Part shown: one piece after another, positions 26,338 through 41,171 of the stretch
How the letters are laid out: each line of letters opens with the position of its first letter
Numbering within the stretch: position 1 is the first letter of the stretch
DNA from: Tubiluchus corallicola
Lineage: Eukaryota > Animalia > Priapulida
Length of the DNA: 64,000 nt
Reading direction: 5' to 3'
Assembly: GCA_030141605.1 (NCBI GenBank)
Contig: JAQGDQ010000051.1
Coordinates: 434,001 to 498,000, forward strand
Notes under the pieces: generated by a model
Told to the model about the DNA's origin: nothing
The model's database searches: none
The model's input: the letters and a program-made list of their open reading frames with translations, nothing else
Made by a program: the position numbers and the translations under genes

Positions 26338-27922
26338 CCCTTGACAATGGTTACGGAGATATTAAGGCTGTTTCAACCTGCCCCTGTTACATCCAATTCG
26401 TTCTTTCCCTTTCAACAACATCTTAAGTAATCCTGATATAACTGTATGTCGAATCCTTGAATAAATGTTTACCTATCATGTATATAAAATACGAAAGTAA
26501 GATATGCAAGAATGTTAGTATAGCAGATATTATTCTTCAAGATTCTTCAAGACTTCGTATATTGAACTTATTCATTGTGGGGGTACATTCTGAGCAGATT
26601 TTGTAAACGAGAAAGAGCTTGTAAATTCACGAAATATAAGATAAGTTGATGTATTGCACAGCGGGAAATGAAAGACTAAAACTCAGAGATTGGGTTTAAA
26701 GTGTTATGTTATTTCATGAACAATGAATAATGCTATGCTAGCATATTACGAACATATTACGTACCTATTAATTGTTACACATCTATCTTTTACACACGTA
26801 TCATTTGTTGTATGATACTCTTAACATTACAGTCTTATGGAAAATTTCATTATTATCACCTCCAGTTGTTTAATTTTAAGGTATTCTGTTCTATTTTATC
26901 TTATATATTAATTTCGGTGGTATATAATATATATATATGGGTAATATATGGTATGATAATATATATATTATCTATATGTATGGTAATATATGGTACATAC
27001 GGTGCCATTTATATATATATATATATATATATATGCCTACTCGAAACGGTAGAGAGGCCGCCTTGTAATCGCTGCAACTTTCACACCCTCGTTTAGACAT
27101 TTGTTTACAAACAGTGGTACAGTGTAATGTTATGTGATGTGTAAGCTGTAGTGTAAACTTTTTAGACGGCTGTAACACAGGCAAAACTTATTGTGTCATA
27201 AAAAAATAAATACGTCTAAGGAAGCATCAATCTGAAACACAAGGTACAGCGAATCAATTTACTTTTACCACAGGTGTAATTGATTTTATTGTCATCTAGT
27301 GCTTGCTATACCTGTTACTTGTAAGGTACGGATAATCACTGTGATAACTTGAATGTTTTAGAAATTTGATGTGACATTTGCCCGTTGGCTTTTGCTTTTT
27401 TAAACGACTTTCTCCTATGAGTTCTATTAACTAGCAATTTATTAAAATTGCCGTTCTAATGACGCCCTTTTTAGGTTGAAACTGAAAACAAAGTTCAATT
27501 GACGTTACTGTGTGAATCACAGATGGGATGCTATTACTATTTCTTCCTGGACATCTCATGAAGCGATAGTCTTTAATAACAATTAGCAACTCAACCCGCC
27601 ACCAGTAAATAGAGTATTTAAACTCAGCTTAGTATATTACTAAGCAACAGCACAATATTAAAATCTGCATGGTGTCTCGATTGAATCACTTATTACTGTC
27701 GTCTTACTTGCACATCAAACGCAAAGTGCGGAATCTCGTTCAGCGTGGAACCTAATTTGGAAAAACCGGTCAAATAGTCTAAATCGGCTTTGCTTTTGAA
27801 TGATATTACTTAGTATTAGTAAAAGCATAATGTTTTACCCAGGCTTTAAAGGTTAATAATTCAGTCTCTTAATTTTTTAAAGATATTACTGATAAGTTTC
27901 CTACATCTTTATTCGTTTTTAG

Positions 27923-28257
27923 GTCCTAGAATTCGAAGGCCAAAGACCAAAAAAGCCAATGAGAAGAGACCACGAACTGCATTTACAAATGAACAACTGA
28001 CACGTTTAAAGAAAGAATTCCATGAAAATCGCTACCTTACAGAACACCGAAGACAAGATCTTGCTAAAAATCTCAACCTAAACGAAAGCCAAATAAAAAT
28101 ATGGTTTCAGAATAAGCGGGCAAAAATAAAGAAAGCTCAGGGGATAAAGAATGGATTAGCTCTGCATCTGATGGCACAAGGATTATACAACCATTCTTCA
28201 TCTTCTCAAGCTGATTATCAATGCGATATTTCACATTCTTTTCAGAAAGACTGTTAG
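27923..28257 (+). CDS. en: Engrailed coding exon 2 (EH3 linker, homeodomain, EH5)
   Basis: Pyrimidine tract + AG acceptor ending 27922; completes Gly codon then [110 protein letters not shown], stop TAG 28255-28257. Translated by hand; absent from ORF track. Confidence 0.97.
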
Positions 28258-28464
28258 GAAACAATTCATCAAATGCACTTTATTCATTTTCAAACTGCTG
28301 GTTATATAACTGTTAATATATCTGTATAGTTAGTTTTAACTATTAAAGACATTCTGTAAGTATTTAAGAGAAGTATTTCTATAATGGAAAAAACAAAATT
28401 CTGTGCTAAAAGTGTTATGATGAGCTTCAATTCTGTTTTGATGGTATTATTCTTTCAATGTTTC

Positions 28465-28470
28465 AATAAA
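28465..28470 (+). terminator. Candidate engrailed polyadenylation signal
   Basis: AATAAA about 210 nt after the stop codon. Confidence 0.4.
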
Positions 28471-28665
28471 ATTTTAAACAATTAGCAAAACACAAACTAT
28501 TACCTAAGCTTTTTTAAGTCAGTTCATTACTCCTTAAATTTTCAAAGTGTGATGCGCTTAATAATGCAGTTTTCGTTGTTTGCATGCGCAGACGGTACCT
28601 AACGGGTTGCCACCCTGGAGAGCAACTGCGCGAGCATAATCACAGTAAAGCACATCAAGTCTTAA

Positions 28666-30240
28666 CCCTTTGTCAAGGCAGATACACCTGTCATTAATGC
28701 ACTCCAAAAGTTGTGTACAAGTGCAAGGGTTTTTCAAATACCCATGTTATGGCTTCGTAATCAATGTTTTGGAAAGGTAGTCGTCAAATAATTAGTCTTT
28801 TACCTATGTTTTCATAACTTTGCATGCCACACAAGTGAGTGAGAATGGATGATAAATGCAAGGTCAGAAAGCTCATTCTTTTCGAAAATTGGTATTATGT
28901 CAGCAGAGAGCCAGATTTTGGGTAGATGCTAGTTGCAAAGGACACCTCAAAAATAGTAGAAAGTGGAACGCACAATTTAGAGGCCAGTTTAGCAACAAAA
29001 TGGTAATTTGTCAGGAGTGTGATTGATTTAGAATTCAACTTTTTGAACACTATACACAACGAGTGATGAAAAGGTTATGACGATGATGACGATGATGCAG
29101 GTATCATAATGGACCCAATCACGAAATGGAAAAAAGGTGACAACCGGTTATCAATAACATAATTTTCAGAAAGCACACGAGATGAAATATTATGCTCAGA
29201 TATACAACAAATCCTCAATACGTCACAGAGCAGTACAGAATCGACTATTTCGAATGACAATGCAAGAAGACAAAAACAACTTATCCATTACGAACTGTTA
29301 TATTTTACTCAGGATCAGCTAAGACTCTCTGTCCCACCGACAAAGATGCAGCAAGGATTATGAATTTTTATGGCGAATAAATGGAGAACAATACTGCTTG
29401 AAGCGAAGAAACAACTTTGTAAAATTTTCATTAACACTAACAACTACAATAGTGAAAACAAACCTGAAGCATTTAAGAGTCGTGTTGAACCGACGGAAAA
29501 AATCATTGTCAGTCTTTGATGTTTTGCATCTTCTTCACCATAGACGGCGGCTGACCTATGGTAAGGTTTGCAGCATACACTCGTACTCCCTTGCTCCACT
29601 GATGCCTTTGCCTTAACGAAGCAAGTTGCCTTACCAAGAAATGAAATGGAAGAATTTGAAATGACCTATGTTAGAAGAGTAGAATTGGTGGGGGCACTGA
29701 ATGTAGCCAGTTTTCCAACACCGGACACTGCACAGAAGCCAACCAGTGATTACGACGATGCAGGCTACGGTCACACCTACGTATGCAGATATTATAACAA
29801 AACCTAATACCTCCGTAGAAATATCAAACCTGTCCGTGCAGGTTGAATAGTGGTATAAACGAGTAATGAATAGAATCAAAGAGTTGCCATGCAGGCCAAA
29901 AAAGTTATGATGGGAAAAGCTCCAAACGCGTAAGTGCAACGGTTAATGGCACAGGTGGTGCTAATATTTCAAATCTGCGTGCTTCACGCCCTCGAGCAAA
30001 TACTTTCTTCACGAGGCTATGTCCTGATATGACAACTTGAGAACGTGAAAACTCACATAATGAAAAAGAACAAATAACTGTTGAAATCGAAAGGAAAGCA
30101 GATCCCTGCGTACTCGTCTTTTGTTATCTCTAGCTACCGTGATGAACAGAGCACATTACATATTCTAATATTTGGTATGAGGGGCCGAATATTGCCCGGC
30201 GTTGATGAAACGCGTTCTTCAAGTCAATGTGCACAAAGGT
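28666..30240. mobile_element. piggyBac-like TTAA element (degenerate)
   Basis: TTAA|CCCTTTGT ... ACAAAGGT|TTAA termini; no recognisable intact transposase. Confidence 0.4.
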
Positions 30241-30244
30241 TTAA

Positions 30245-30748
30245 CAGTGAGGACGCAAGAAAAATGACGCATGGAACTGTTGTCAGAAAATCAAAAAAAT
30301 TTCTGAAAATTGCCGATTTTTTTTCGAAATCCCATGCAGCAAGAAAGTTCGTTTCATGGTGCGGTGCATGCGTTATTTTTCGTTTCGACGTATATAGCCA
30401 TCGCTGCTACATTAACGAAACATAAAATCGTCTTTATGTTAAAAGAAAGGTTAAGTCTCATAATTTTACGCTGCAATATGTTAATTGTGGTTCGTTAGAC
30501 AAGAAAGAAGTAATTGAGTAGTTAAATGTAGTATTTCTACTATGCGACCATTTTCCTTGTGAGGAGGACGCATAGCTTCTAGCTGGCAGTAAAATTCCTC
30601 ACGAAGAATTCCACGAGGAATCTTCCCTGCGAAATGTCAGTGTGAAATGCGCCATAGAAAACAATGTGTTCTATTTTCATGAAGAATGCCGCAAGAATGC
30701 TCTTTTTCTACGAGCAACTTCGCCGCGCGTCCTCACAGTGAAATGTGC
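30245..30748. mobile_element. Harbinger-like MITE remnant
   Basis: CAGTGAGGACGC / GCGTCCTCACAGTGAAATGTGC inverted pair; internal GTGTGAAATGCGCC. Confidence 0.4.
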
Positions 30749-32569
30749 AGGTCAAGTTAACTGTTCCTGCATCTTTGATGGATATGTGTTTGTATAACGT
30801 ATATTTACCACTTGAATGCCCGGATAATGTAGATGATTTTCATTATAAGTAAAGGCAATGACGGGTGCAATACAGTTTTGTTCGATAGAGCTAACTCTAA
30901 TCAAATCAATCAGTATAAGCAATTAACTGACGATATGCTTAAAAATTTAAATGCGCCAAATTAGCTACTTTTATATAAAAATACGAAATGTTCCGATCCA
31001 CACCGTAATTATTTACTTGATAATTTTTATGATAATTTGTGTTCTGACTTTCAAACTGTATCTAGTTACGTTATTCCAACCAGCTCAACAGACGGCAGCA
31101 GGAGAGATGTATCGTCCAATTGTAATTCCATTAAGAGAGAAGCCCAATATGTAGCAGATTACTATCCGATTATTATGACATCGTCTTCCTTCAGCAAACA
31201 ATGCTCTCCTTAGGGAAAAATCTTATTTCGTAAAATAATAACATACATACTGATTTTTATACTAGAGATGTTTCGCCCTGAATTACTCTTTGTGTCTTAT
31301 TATGGGTTCGTCCCCAGAACAGTCTTTCTTATCATATTATGGAAGAGATGTAGAGATCAAAATCTTACCGAACGAATATCGCATAATAGACATTAAACTA
31401 TGGATGTTTTGTACATTGTTTAGCTCACTTATTACTGTATGAAAAATATCAATGAATTCCAGTTTTTTTTAGAAGTAAACGCTTCTATATTAATTTGAAA
31501 ATTGTCCATTTAGCTATACGTCCTTTTTAATGCACGTCCTGACAATTATTTTGGACAAGTTTTCACTGAAATATTCAGTCAAGGCAATTTTATATTAGAA
31601 GATTGCATTAGATTACTAGAAACCACATTTATATTGAAGTGCAGGCGGTACCTCGCCGATAAGGGCTAAAACTATCCAGGTTAGTCGGGTATCAGCAGAT
31701 GCGGAGGCCAAGCAGTATATAACTCTTCTAACATCCATCCACGAAACAGAATGATGTGTAGGAAAAACGATACCCTTATTTGCAAATCACATGAAGTGGA
31801 TTAAGAAATGATAAAATACACTGTTTTACATAGAGTTTACAAATTACTTATAAGTGGTAATGTAACAATAACACTAGGTTTCTGGATATTGTGAATATTT
31901 GGGGCCCAAGGTACATCATTTGCAGCGTTAATAATGCCCAAGGCAAAGCAAGGAGGGCGGCGGGGTGATACCCGAGGGCTGCAAATGAAAGACTGGGGGA
32001 CGTAAATGTTCATGATATCCAAGAAAACTGGTGTTATTACTGTTATTATTAATGCTAACTTCTTTCAGAACAGGATAGGCTTTTTGGAAAACGTTTCTGT
32101 AAAATAATTATACTTAGATGTCATTTACCGTTTAATACCTTTAGAACAAGTGATTTCTTTTTTGCAACTGTTTGGGCATGACTGGAAAAAATAAGCACTC
32201 TCGCAGAAAGAGGACAAAACGGTCCATAAAATGCTGAAGGTTTTGTTGGGACAGATGTCCACTAGACGAAACGGAGGGGTGTATTTCAAAGTTTTTTTTC
32301 AACCCCCCAAAGCTGCACACTATTTGGAACATTTACTGTCTTTGAGTTCGAGAAATTTCGCGGCTGTTCCAGACATTGTTGTCACCCGCCGTTCTACAGT
32401 GTTATAGATTTTACAAATAAGTGCTGTTATTATTATCTGAGAAGCAGCAAACAAAACTATGTAGAATGTCCGTGCATTATTGATCATTGGTAGATAGATT
32501 AAGAGCATTTATTATAACACACAGTTTCTACTTTGTGCAAAATGTTCTGAATGTTTTACTGTGATACCG

Positions 32570-33005
32570 TACTATTGGTGTTGGTGCTGTAGGTGTCATC
32601 ATTGTTGGCGTCATCATCATCATCGCCATCAACATCATGATCACCATGTGATGTGGTGGTGGTGATGTGCTGTGGATGGTGTGTGAGGGGTTAGTGGAGT
32701 AGTGTGGGTGGTGTGGTGGGTGTAGTTTAGTGTGGTCTGGGTCGTGTGGTGTTGATGATGTGGTGTGGGTGATGTGGTGTGGATAATCTGGTGGGGTGGT
32801 AGGGTGTGGGTGGTGTGTTTGTGTAGTGTGGTGGGTGTGGTTTGTTGTGAGTGGTGTAGTGTTGGGGTGTGGTGTGGTGTGGTGTGGGTGTTGTGCTGTG
32901 AGTGGATCGGCGGGTTGGCGTGGTGTTGTGTTGTGTGGGTGGTGTGCTACGGTGTAGGTAGTGTGGTGTTGTATAGTGTGGGTGGTGTGGTGTAGTGTGG
33001 TTGTT
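32570..33005. repeat. GT-rich low-complexity tract (GGT/GTGTG) with short (CAT)n
   Basis: Composition almost entirely G/T on the + strand. Confidence 0.9.
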
Positions 33006-33726
33006 AGTTCATGCCCAAAATTCTTTTGCGGGGTTTGGCTAGTTTTGTAATAATTAGATTCCATTGTCTTTTTCAGTAGAGCTCTACTCTAGCTAATGAC
33101 GACGGTCTGTAAATGGTCATTAATGTCCTTTATTAATGACGATGGGGCGTTATTAGCATTAACACCCCTTGCTATTTATTGACGATGAGCTGCGAGTTAT
33201 TAATCGTTGAAGCTCCCTATCCGGTTCATTTACGACTCCCATTGTTAAAATAAAGCTCGATTTCAGAATGTGAAGGTGCAAAGAATGTTCTTCGTGTTGG
33301 TTATAATAACAATTATTTAATAACAAGACTGTTGCAGTTAAACAAAAGAAAACATCTATTCACACAAAAATTTAGCTTAAATACAGCAAATACAGAAATG
33401 CAAATGATCGTAGGAAAGTTTGGTACAAGTAAGTTTGGCACATATAAGTTTTGTAGAGATAATTTTGATACAGGTAAATTTGATTCTAGGAAAATGTGGT
33501 ATGGTAAATGTTTGGTACCAGGATTGTTTAGTACTAAGACATATTGGTACTTTTTTATTACTAGGAAAATATGGTACGAGGAAAATTTCATACTAGGAAA
33601 ATTTGGTACTGGAAAATTTGGTGCTGAACGAAAAAGAAAGCAGTTCTTTATCTCAGTATAAGATATTGTTTCAACGAGAAAATAATTAAGTTTATTCAGT
33701 GGGGAGGAAATTTGGTGCTAGGAAAT

Positions 33727-36700
33727 TGTGGTTTTTATACATTACAACCGTTTATTATTGAACTTCCAATGAGGTCTGGGCAAGGCGGTGTCATATCAAA
33801 AGGGCCGACATACGGTGCGTGTGTGACCTTGACGTGGATACCTGGAAGTTCGCTAGCTGAACAGCTGACTGCTGGAAAACGTTATATTGCTTTGCAATGG
33901 AGCATCGACGGGAAAACTTTCTATACCGTGTGAATTCTACAGCATAGGACAGACAAGTTTGAAGTTTATTTTCTATGAACATTTACTTGTGTTATTATTC
34001 ATGTTTTATTGTTTGCTCAAGTTTATTCTTTTATCAAGTTTGCACTGATTAGCCTAAGTCAGCTCTTGTGAGTATCAGTACGAAGTATTTAGTATAAATT
34101 ATATTTACAATGTTTAATTTCCTTTTATGCAAAGGTGTTCATTTGATTATTTGAATTTATATGAGCTCTATAGTAGTGAAGCCTACATTTTTTACAGCCC
34201 TGCTGAAAATTAACTGCCAAGTATTTGATTTTTGCTGATGGTTTGGTTAGCATTGTTTGCTAGTTGTTAACGCTTAACTGTTTTTGTTAATTATTGCCGA
34301 GAAAGTTAAGTTTTCTATTATAATGGATCCTAGCTTAAATATTAATAATTTAGGCTTTGAAGTTTGTTTGATAAGTTGAACTTTAACTTGCAAATTTTGC
34401 TAAACACGTTTTGAGAAATATTTGTACAGGCACAATGTCAGTTGAAATGGAAGAGATGAAACGGAATAAGACAGCAAGGTCTAATGCTAAGAGACAGATT
34501 ACGATGAAGTCAAAAAGGCTACAAAATTGTATTAAAGCAGAAGAACCTGTGGAGGAAATCAGACAACTGTTCAGCGAGTTAGGAACTTTGTATACTGATT
34601 TTCTGCAGATTCATCGGGCGTTTCATTTACTTTTAAATGACGCTGGTAAAATTACATCACAGACTTATGCTGATGAAGTTAAGAATGATGTAACCACAAT
34701 AATAAATACTGCCAAAGATTATATTGGTATACTGCAACTTGTCACTGCAGATGATTCTTGTGCTACTGCTAACTTTGATACAGAGGCTGGTGATATTTCC
34801 AAAATTCCAGTTTCAGGCTTGTTGCTAGAGGGCGCACCACCTGTCCATGCTTTGAATGTGGAAGACACAAATGTTAGCATTACTAATAGTGCTTGCAGCG
34901 TGACATCATCTGGAACTGAAGTCAGTCGTAAAGATTTCGGCGGTGCTCGACCAAAGACACCCATGCAAAAGATGTTACCAAGCAATCCCCCTTCAGCTGT
35001 ACCATCTAAGAAGGTTACAGTATCTAAAGGGTCTTCTTCAAAGAAGAGCAGTTTGAGTAGCATCAAGGCAAAAGCAGCAGCTAAGAAGGCAGCACTTCTT
35101 GCTGAATCTAATATGATAGATGCTCAGAAAAAGCTGGATCAAGAGGAACGTGACCTTCATAGAAAGCTTAAACAGGAGAAACTTGACATTCAGGAGAAGA
35201 TCAAGCAGAGTGAATTTGACCTCAAACAAAAGCGCAAGAAGCTTGCACTTGAAGCAGAGCTTGCAAAGGCGCAGGCCCAGGAAAATGTAATTGCTGAATT
35301 GGAATGTGCATCACAGTTGTCTCCAGAATCTGTAGCTACCAGAGAGAAACAACAGCGTGTTTTGAGATGGGTCAATGAGCAACCTGAACCTATGGCTGAT
35401 CCAGAGCCTGAAGCCACCCATTTTGGTCTTAACCCATTGGTACCTGAATGGCAGCCGCAGCAAGTTACTCAACCAATTGATGCTCCAAGAATTTCTTCGC
35501 AGCATGTTTCTTCAGAAAGGCAGCCCCGCACAAATTTTGCTCCTCATCATTTAGCAGATATGTTTCATCTTATGTCATTGCCTAGACCGGATATAGTCAA
35601 ATTTACTGGAGATCCCATTGAATATTGGACTTTCATTACTTGTTTTCACAATGCAATTGGAAACAAGCCAATTGATGACAGTGCGAAGCTGAACCATCTG
35701 CTGCAGTCTTGTGCAGCAGAAGCCTATGAGTCAATCCGTTGTTGTGCTATGACCGGAGGAAGCAGAGGCTATGCAGAAGCTTTAAGGATCTTGAAAGAGA
35801 GATTTGGTGATAATCATCAGATACAGGAGATTTGGATGAAAAGACTGACTGAAGGACCACATATTAAACCACAGGATGCCAAAGGTTTGCTAAAACTTGC
35901 TGATGACTTAAATAATGCTAGAGTGACCTTGCAAGCTATGGGAAAAATGAATGAAATGAGCACTACTCGCAGCATGGCTGATATAGTTAGACGTTTACCA
36001 TACCATCTTCAACGCAAATGACCCAAATGGCGCACCAAAGCCATAGAACATTTAACAGAATTTGGAAGGTATCCTGGTATTGACATACTATCATCGTTTC
36101 TGATGAAGGTAGCAAGAGAAATGAATGATTCAGTCTTTGGACTTTGTGAGATGAAAGAGTCTAAGCTGCCTACCCGCAAGGAAAAGGGGAACATTACCAA
36201 AAGTTTTAGCTACACTGTTGCCAATACAAAGGCGGTCAAAAGGAAGACATCCTTTCCTGAGCAATCTCAGTTTGTGAGAATATGCCCTCAGTGCACTGGC
36301 AATCACAATTTAGACAAGTGTAAAAGATTCATGGAGCTAGATGCCGAGAATAAAACAAAGCTTGTTAAAGAAAAGAAGTTATGTTTCAACTGTTTAAAGG
36401 CTAAACATTTTTCCAGAAGATGCAATCGCCCAGGTTGTGCAGTGGAGAATTGCAATATGAAACATACATGAGGCCTTCATGTTGGACAAGTCTGATGCTC
36501 AACAAAATGAGAAGAAGCTTACTGAGGCAAGTAGTTGTGCCTGCAAGTCAATGCAGACTTCTACAAGAACTTCTTTGCCTGTTGTTACAGTTTTTGTCAA
36601 AACATCTGAACATGCCAAGGAAATGGTTACTCATGCTTTGTTAGACCCTGGCAGTAACAAGTCATTTTGTTCCCGATAGTTAGTTGAGAAGCTTGGCCTG

Positions 36701-39700
36701 CAAGGACACGAGCAGAGTTTGTCATTATCAACTTTGAATAATGGGTCAATTGTTAAGGCACTGGAAATATCTCTGTATGTCAGTCCGACCAGTTGGCAAA
36801 CCAGTTGATAGAGAAGTCATTTATCTTTCTAAAGTTTATGCCTTGGAGAAATTTCCATCTTTGCTGGATAGTGTGGTTACCAGTTCAGATGTATGTAGTT
36901 GGGAGCATTTAAAGAATTTACGATTAGCTAACATGAGACCAGCAGAAGATTGGTCAAGACTGTGCTCATGCATTTAAGCCTCTGCAAGTAAAGGCAGGGA
37001 ATTCCGGAGAACCATATGCTGTACGGACGCCACTGGCCTGGGTTGTGAATGGACTTCATAATCTTGATTCTCAGAATTTGAATGCTGTCGTCAATGTCGT
37101 GCAATCTGATGAAGACTTAACAAACCAAGTGAAAAGATTTTGGGGAGTTGATTCATTGGATAATGTCGACCAGCGCAGTATGTCACTTGAGGACAAGGAA
37201 GTGCTAAATGTGTGGGACAGTTCAGCGCAACAGATTGCTGGGAAGTGTCTTCAGTCATTAAAGTACCGGCTCTCAAAGGACCCTGAGCTGCATAAAAATA
37301 TACATTACGCATGAAGGAGCTTCTAGAAAAGGGTTATGCAGAGAAAGTTGCAGCATGTGACTTAGAAGGAACACCTGGATTTGTGTGGTATCTCCCGCAT
37401 CATGGTGTAGTAAATCCAAATAAGCCAAAACTTCGCATTGTCTTTGATTGCTCCGTCCTGTTTGAAGAGATTTCTTTAAATAAAGCTGTCAAACAAGGGC
37501 CCGACTTGACAAACGGTTTGCTAGCTGTTCTCATTCGATTTCGGGAAGGCCCTGTCGCACTTATGTCTGACATAGAGGCCATGTTTAACCAGGTTGTAGT
37601 ATCCAAACATCATCGTGATGTTTTGCGGTTTTTGTGGTACCCAGATGATGACTTGACAAAACAACCACAGGTCTACAGGATGACAAGGCATCTTTTTGGA
37701 GGCAATTGGAGCCCCAGTTGTGCTACATATGCTTTGCAGAGAACTGCCCTGGATAACATTCACGAGTTTGACAGCAAGATTACTGATGCAGTGCTTCATG
37801 ATTTTTATGTTGACGACTGTTTTAAGAGCTTTTTGACTGATGATGATGCCACTGAGTTTGTAGATAAATTGACAGAGTTGTTAGCCCGTGGTGTATTCCG
37901 TATAACTAAATGGATTAGCACTAGTATCAAGGTACTTGAAATGGTTCCTGAAGAGGATAGAGCTGAATCTGTTCGAGAAATTGGCATTTCAAAAGGTTCC
38001 TTGCCATTAGAAAGAGCTCTGGGCTTACGTTGGAATGTGGACAGAGATGAACTTTGTGCCCAAGCCAAGTTAAGGGAGAAGCCACTCACAAAGCGAGGTT
38101 TATTGAGTGTTCTTTCTTCCGTGTACGATCCTTTGGGTCTAGCCTGTCCTGTTACACTTGTAGCAAAGAAGCTCTTTCAGCAAGAAAGCAGACTAAAGAA
38201 AGAATGGGACAGCCAGTTGTCTCCTGATGTTCAATACCACTGGATTAACTGGATGAAGCAAGCTACAAATTTAGATCAGTTTGGTGTTGAGAGATGCTTC
38301 ATGCCAAAGAACTTTGGACATGTGCTGAGATGTGAATTGCATGTCTTTGGAGATGCATCTGGGGATGCTTATGCTGCTGTGGCATATATGCGGCTTGTGA
38401 ACGCTGATGAGAAGATACACTGCTGTCTTGTTTTGGCCAAAGCACGGCTAGCTCCCATGCATAGAATGACTGTTCCTAGGCTAGAGCTATCGGCAGCTGT
38501 ACTTGCTGTTAAGATCGGCCAGTCAATCTCGCGTGAGTTGAGAACCGACATAGATGAGACCTGGTACTGGACTGATAGCAGTATAGTTCTGGGCTACATA
38601 CACAACAATGATAAACGCTTCAAAACGTTTGTAGCTAACAGGCTAGGTATTATACATGAAGCTTCTATGCCTTCTCAATGGCACCATATCAGAAGTGAGG
38701 ACAACGTTGCTGATGATGCTTCAAGAGGCTTGTCAGTTGATGAACTACTTCAGCAGAAAAGATGGATTAATGGTCCTGAGTTTTTGTGGTTGCCAAAATC
38801 TGAATGGACAGAAGTCGAGGTAAAAAATTTGCATCATCCAGAAATGGAAATCAAGCGTGAAAGTGTCAAGAAAGCTGCATCATGTGGTGCAGTAGAAGCT
38901 GAGTCGGATGCTTTAGAAAATATGTTTAAGAGGCACTCGTCGTGGTACAGGTTGCGAAAATCTGTTGGCTGAATCCTGCGGCTGCGGAACATTTTACTGA
39001 GCAAAGCAGGAGGAATGGATGCTAAGTCCTTTGATGCCAGTTTATCTGTTGAAGAACTACAGCAGGCAGAAATCGGCATTGTCAAATATCTACAGTACAA
39101 GTACCTGAAAAATGATGATGTAATGAAAACTCTGAGGAAGTTAAGTCCTGTCATAGATTCCAATGGAGTAATGTGTGTAGGTGGCCGTGTGAACAGCATG
39201 CACCAGATGATTTTGCCTAAACATCATCACATAGTAGACCTGATTATACGTGAAGCACATGAAATGTCGGGGCATTCTGGACGAGAGTATGTGGTTGCCA
39301 AGCTGAGACAGAAGTACTGGATCATCAAGGTTAGAACCACAGTCAGATCACTCTTATCGAGCTGCATAGTCTGTAGACGACGTGATGGTGTTCCATTGTC
39401 TCAAAAAAATGGCTGACCTGCCAGATGATCACGTGTCTCCAGCTCTATCTGCCTTCACAGCTGTTGGTGTGGACTGCTTTGGTCCGTTTTTTGTCAAAAG
39501 AGGTCGTTCAGAGGTGAAGAGATACGGATGTGTCTTCACTTGCCTGACTATTCGTGCTATTCACATAGAGGTACTACATTCCCTGGAGACTGATAGTTTC
39601 ATTAATGCTCTTTTCAGATTTATTTCTCGCCGTGGGCCTCCGTCTGTCATCCGATCCGAAATGGCACTAACTTTGTCGGTGCAGAGAAAGAATTGAGCAA

Positions 39701-40750
39701 TATGCAACTGGGATCAGCAGAAGATTACAGATGTTCTACAGAAGCGTCATGTACAATGGATCTTTAACACACCAGGTGCATCCCATCATGGTGGAGCTTG
39801 GGAAAGGATGATCCGATCCATTCGCAGAGTTATATACAGTGAGCAAAGACTTGACGATGAAAGTTTGCCTACTCTGATGTGCATAGTAGAGTCCATTATA
39901 AATGATAGCCGATCACAACAGTGTCAGATGATCCAAATGATCTTGAGGCTCTCACTCCAAACCACTTACTGTTGTTAAGAACTGGATCAGTATCTGTGAA
40001 GCGCTTTGATTCTTCTGACTTATATAGGCGAAGATGGCACCAGGTACAGTATTTGACAGATGTCTTTTGGCGGCGATGGACTCACAAATATCTTCCGATG
40101 CTGCAACAATTCCAAAAGTGGGAGAAACAGAAGGAAAATCTCAAGTGTGGAGACATCGTTCTATTAATCGACAACACCTTGCCAAGAAACCGTTGGGAAC
40201 TTGGACGGATTATGGATAATTACCCTGGTAACGATGGCTTGGTCCGCTCTGTGTTGCTTAAGACAAAGTCGTCAACTCTGAAACGGCCAGTGCAGAAACT
40301 TTGTCTGCTTGAGCGTGTTTCATAAACTGCAGTTCTGTGTTCCAAAATGAGGTTAAAGTTTAATGATTGATAAATATTTGTTATGTTTCATGTTCCAGAG
40401 AGAACATTCAAAGGGGGCGGGGTGTTGCAGGTACAAATGTTTTGGTCCATTACCCCTTCTCAAGGTAGTATATGCATTGGAAGCCACAATATATTAGACT
40501 GTAGCTCAACAAGCTAGACTACTTTTTCTACTCTGACATTGTATAGGTGGAACTTGTTATGTACACACGTCTTTGTTACATTTAAAATTTTACTTATAAT
40601 TATGCTGCTACCTTTTACTGACATTCTGGCTTTATCTCGACTCAATATTGGACCAACAATGCATTTTAGCCTTTTAGTGTAACGTAGTAATCTGTAGCAC
40701 TTATTTTCTAGCACTTATTTCAGTAGATTTGTAGATGTAGTAATTGTAGA
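33727..40750 (+). mobile_element. BEL/Pao LTR retrotransposon, decayed; no paired LTRs seen
   Basis: gag-PR-RT-RH-IN order; PPT AAAGGGGGCGGGG then TGTTGCA at 40423; outer boundaries approximate. Confidence 0.9.
34434..40325 (+). pseudogene. BEL/Pao gag-pol polyprotein (multiple stops and frameshifts)
   Basis: gag KFTGDPIEYWTF...LKERFG (DUF1759-like); knuckles CPQCTGNHNLDKC and CFNCLKAKHFSRRC; protease ALLDPGS; RT WYLPHH...KLRIVFD...FYVDD; RH LHVFGDAS...VPRLEL...YWTDS; integrase VGVDCFGP...IHIE; C-terminal LTPNHLL...FWRRW (DUF5641-like). Confidence 0.93.
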
Positions 40751-41171
40751 CTACAGAAAATTTGTATTTTTGTAGAATAAACTAACATAGATATGGGAAC
40801 CCAACTTTGATTTGAGCGTATACATTACACTTTTGTTAACATGGTGATGGAAAGAGACGCGTGGTGGTAATATTGGCAATGATGAATGATGATGGTGATG
40901 GTGACTGTGGTAGTAATCACAACAATAGAGCCAGCAAAAAACAGATAAACAAAAACAACGACTAGTAATAAACAACAGACAAACAAACAAAGAGGAAGCG
41001 AACAAAAACAAATAAAAACAAATGAAACAATATGAGCCTCTATAACTTGTTCGAGTAGGTTATATAAAATTTTTCGTAATGCCAAACTTTTATTGTATCA
41101 TACCTTCTCTGAATCGAATTTGCCTAGTACCAAACTTTCCCAGTACTAAACTTTCCTAGTCCAAACTTGAA

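Noticed and set aside
28073-28264. 63-aa minus-strand ORF (and 18141-18386)
   Set aside because: Antisense shadows of engrailed exons.
32528-33064. His/Thr/Pro-rich 178-aa ORF
   Set aside because: Stop-free by composition of a GT-rich tract; no other coding evidence.
34434-36021. Domesticated gag gene
   Set aside because: Contiguous with a broken BEL pol; ends at a premature TGA in normal element context.
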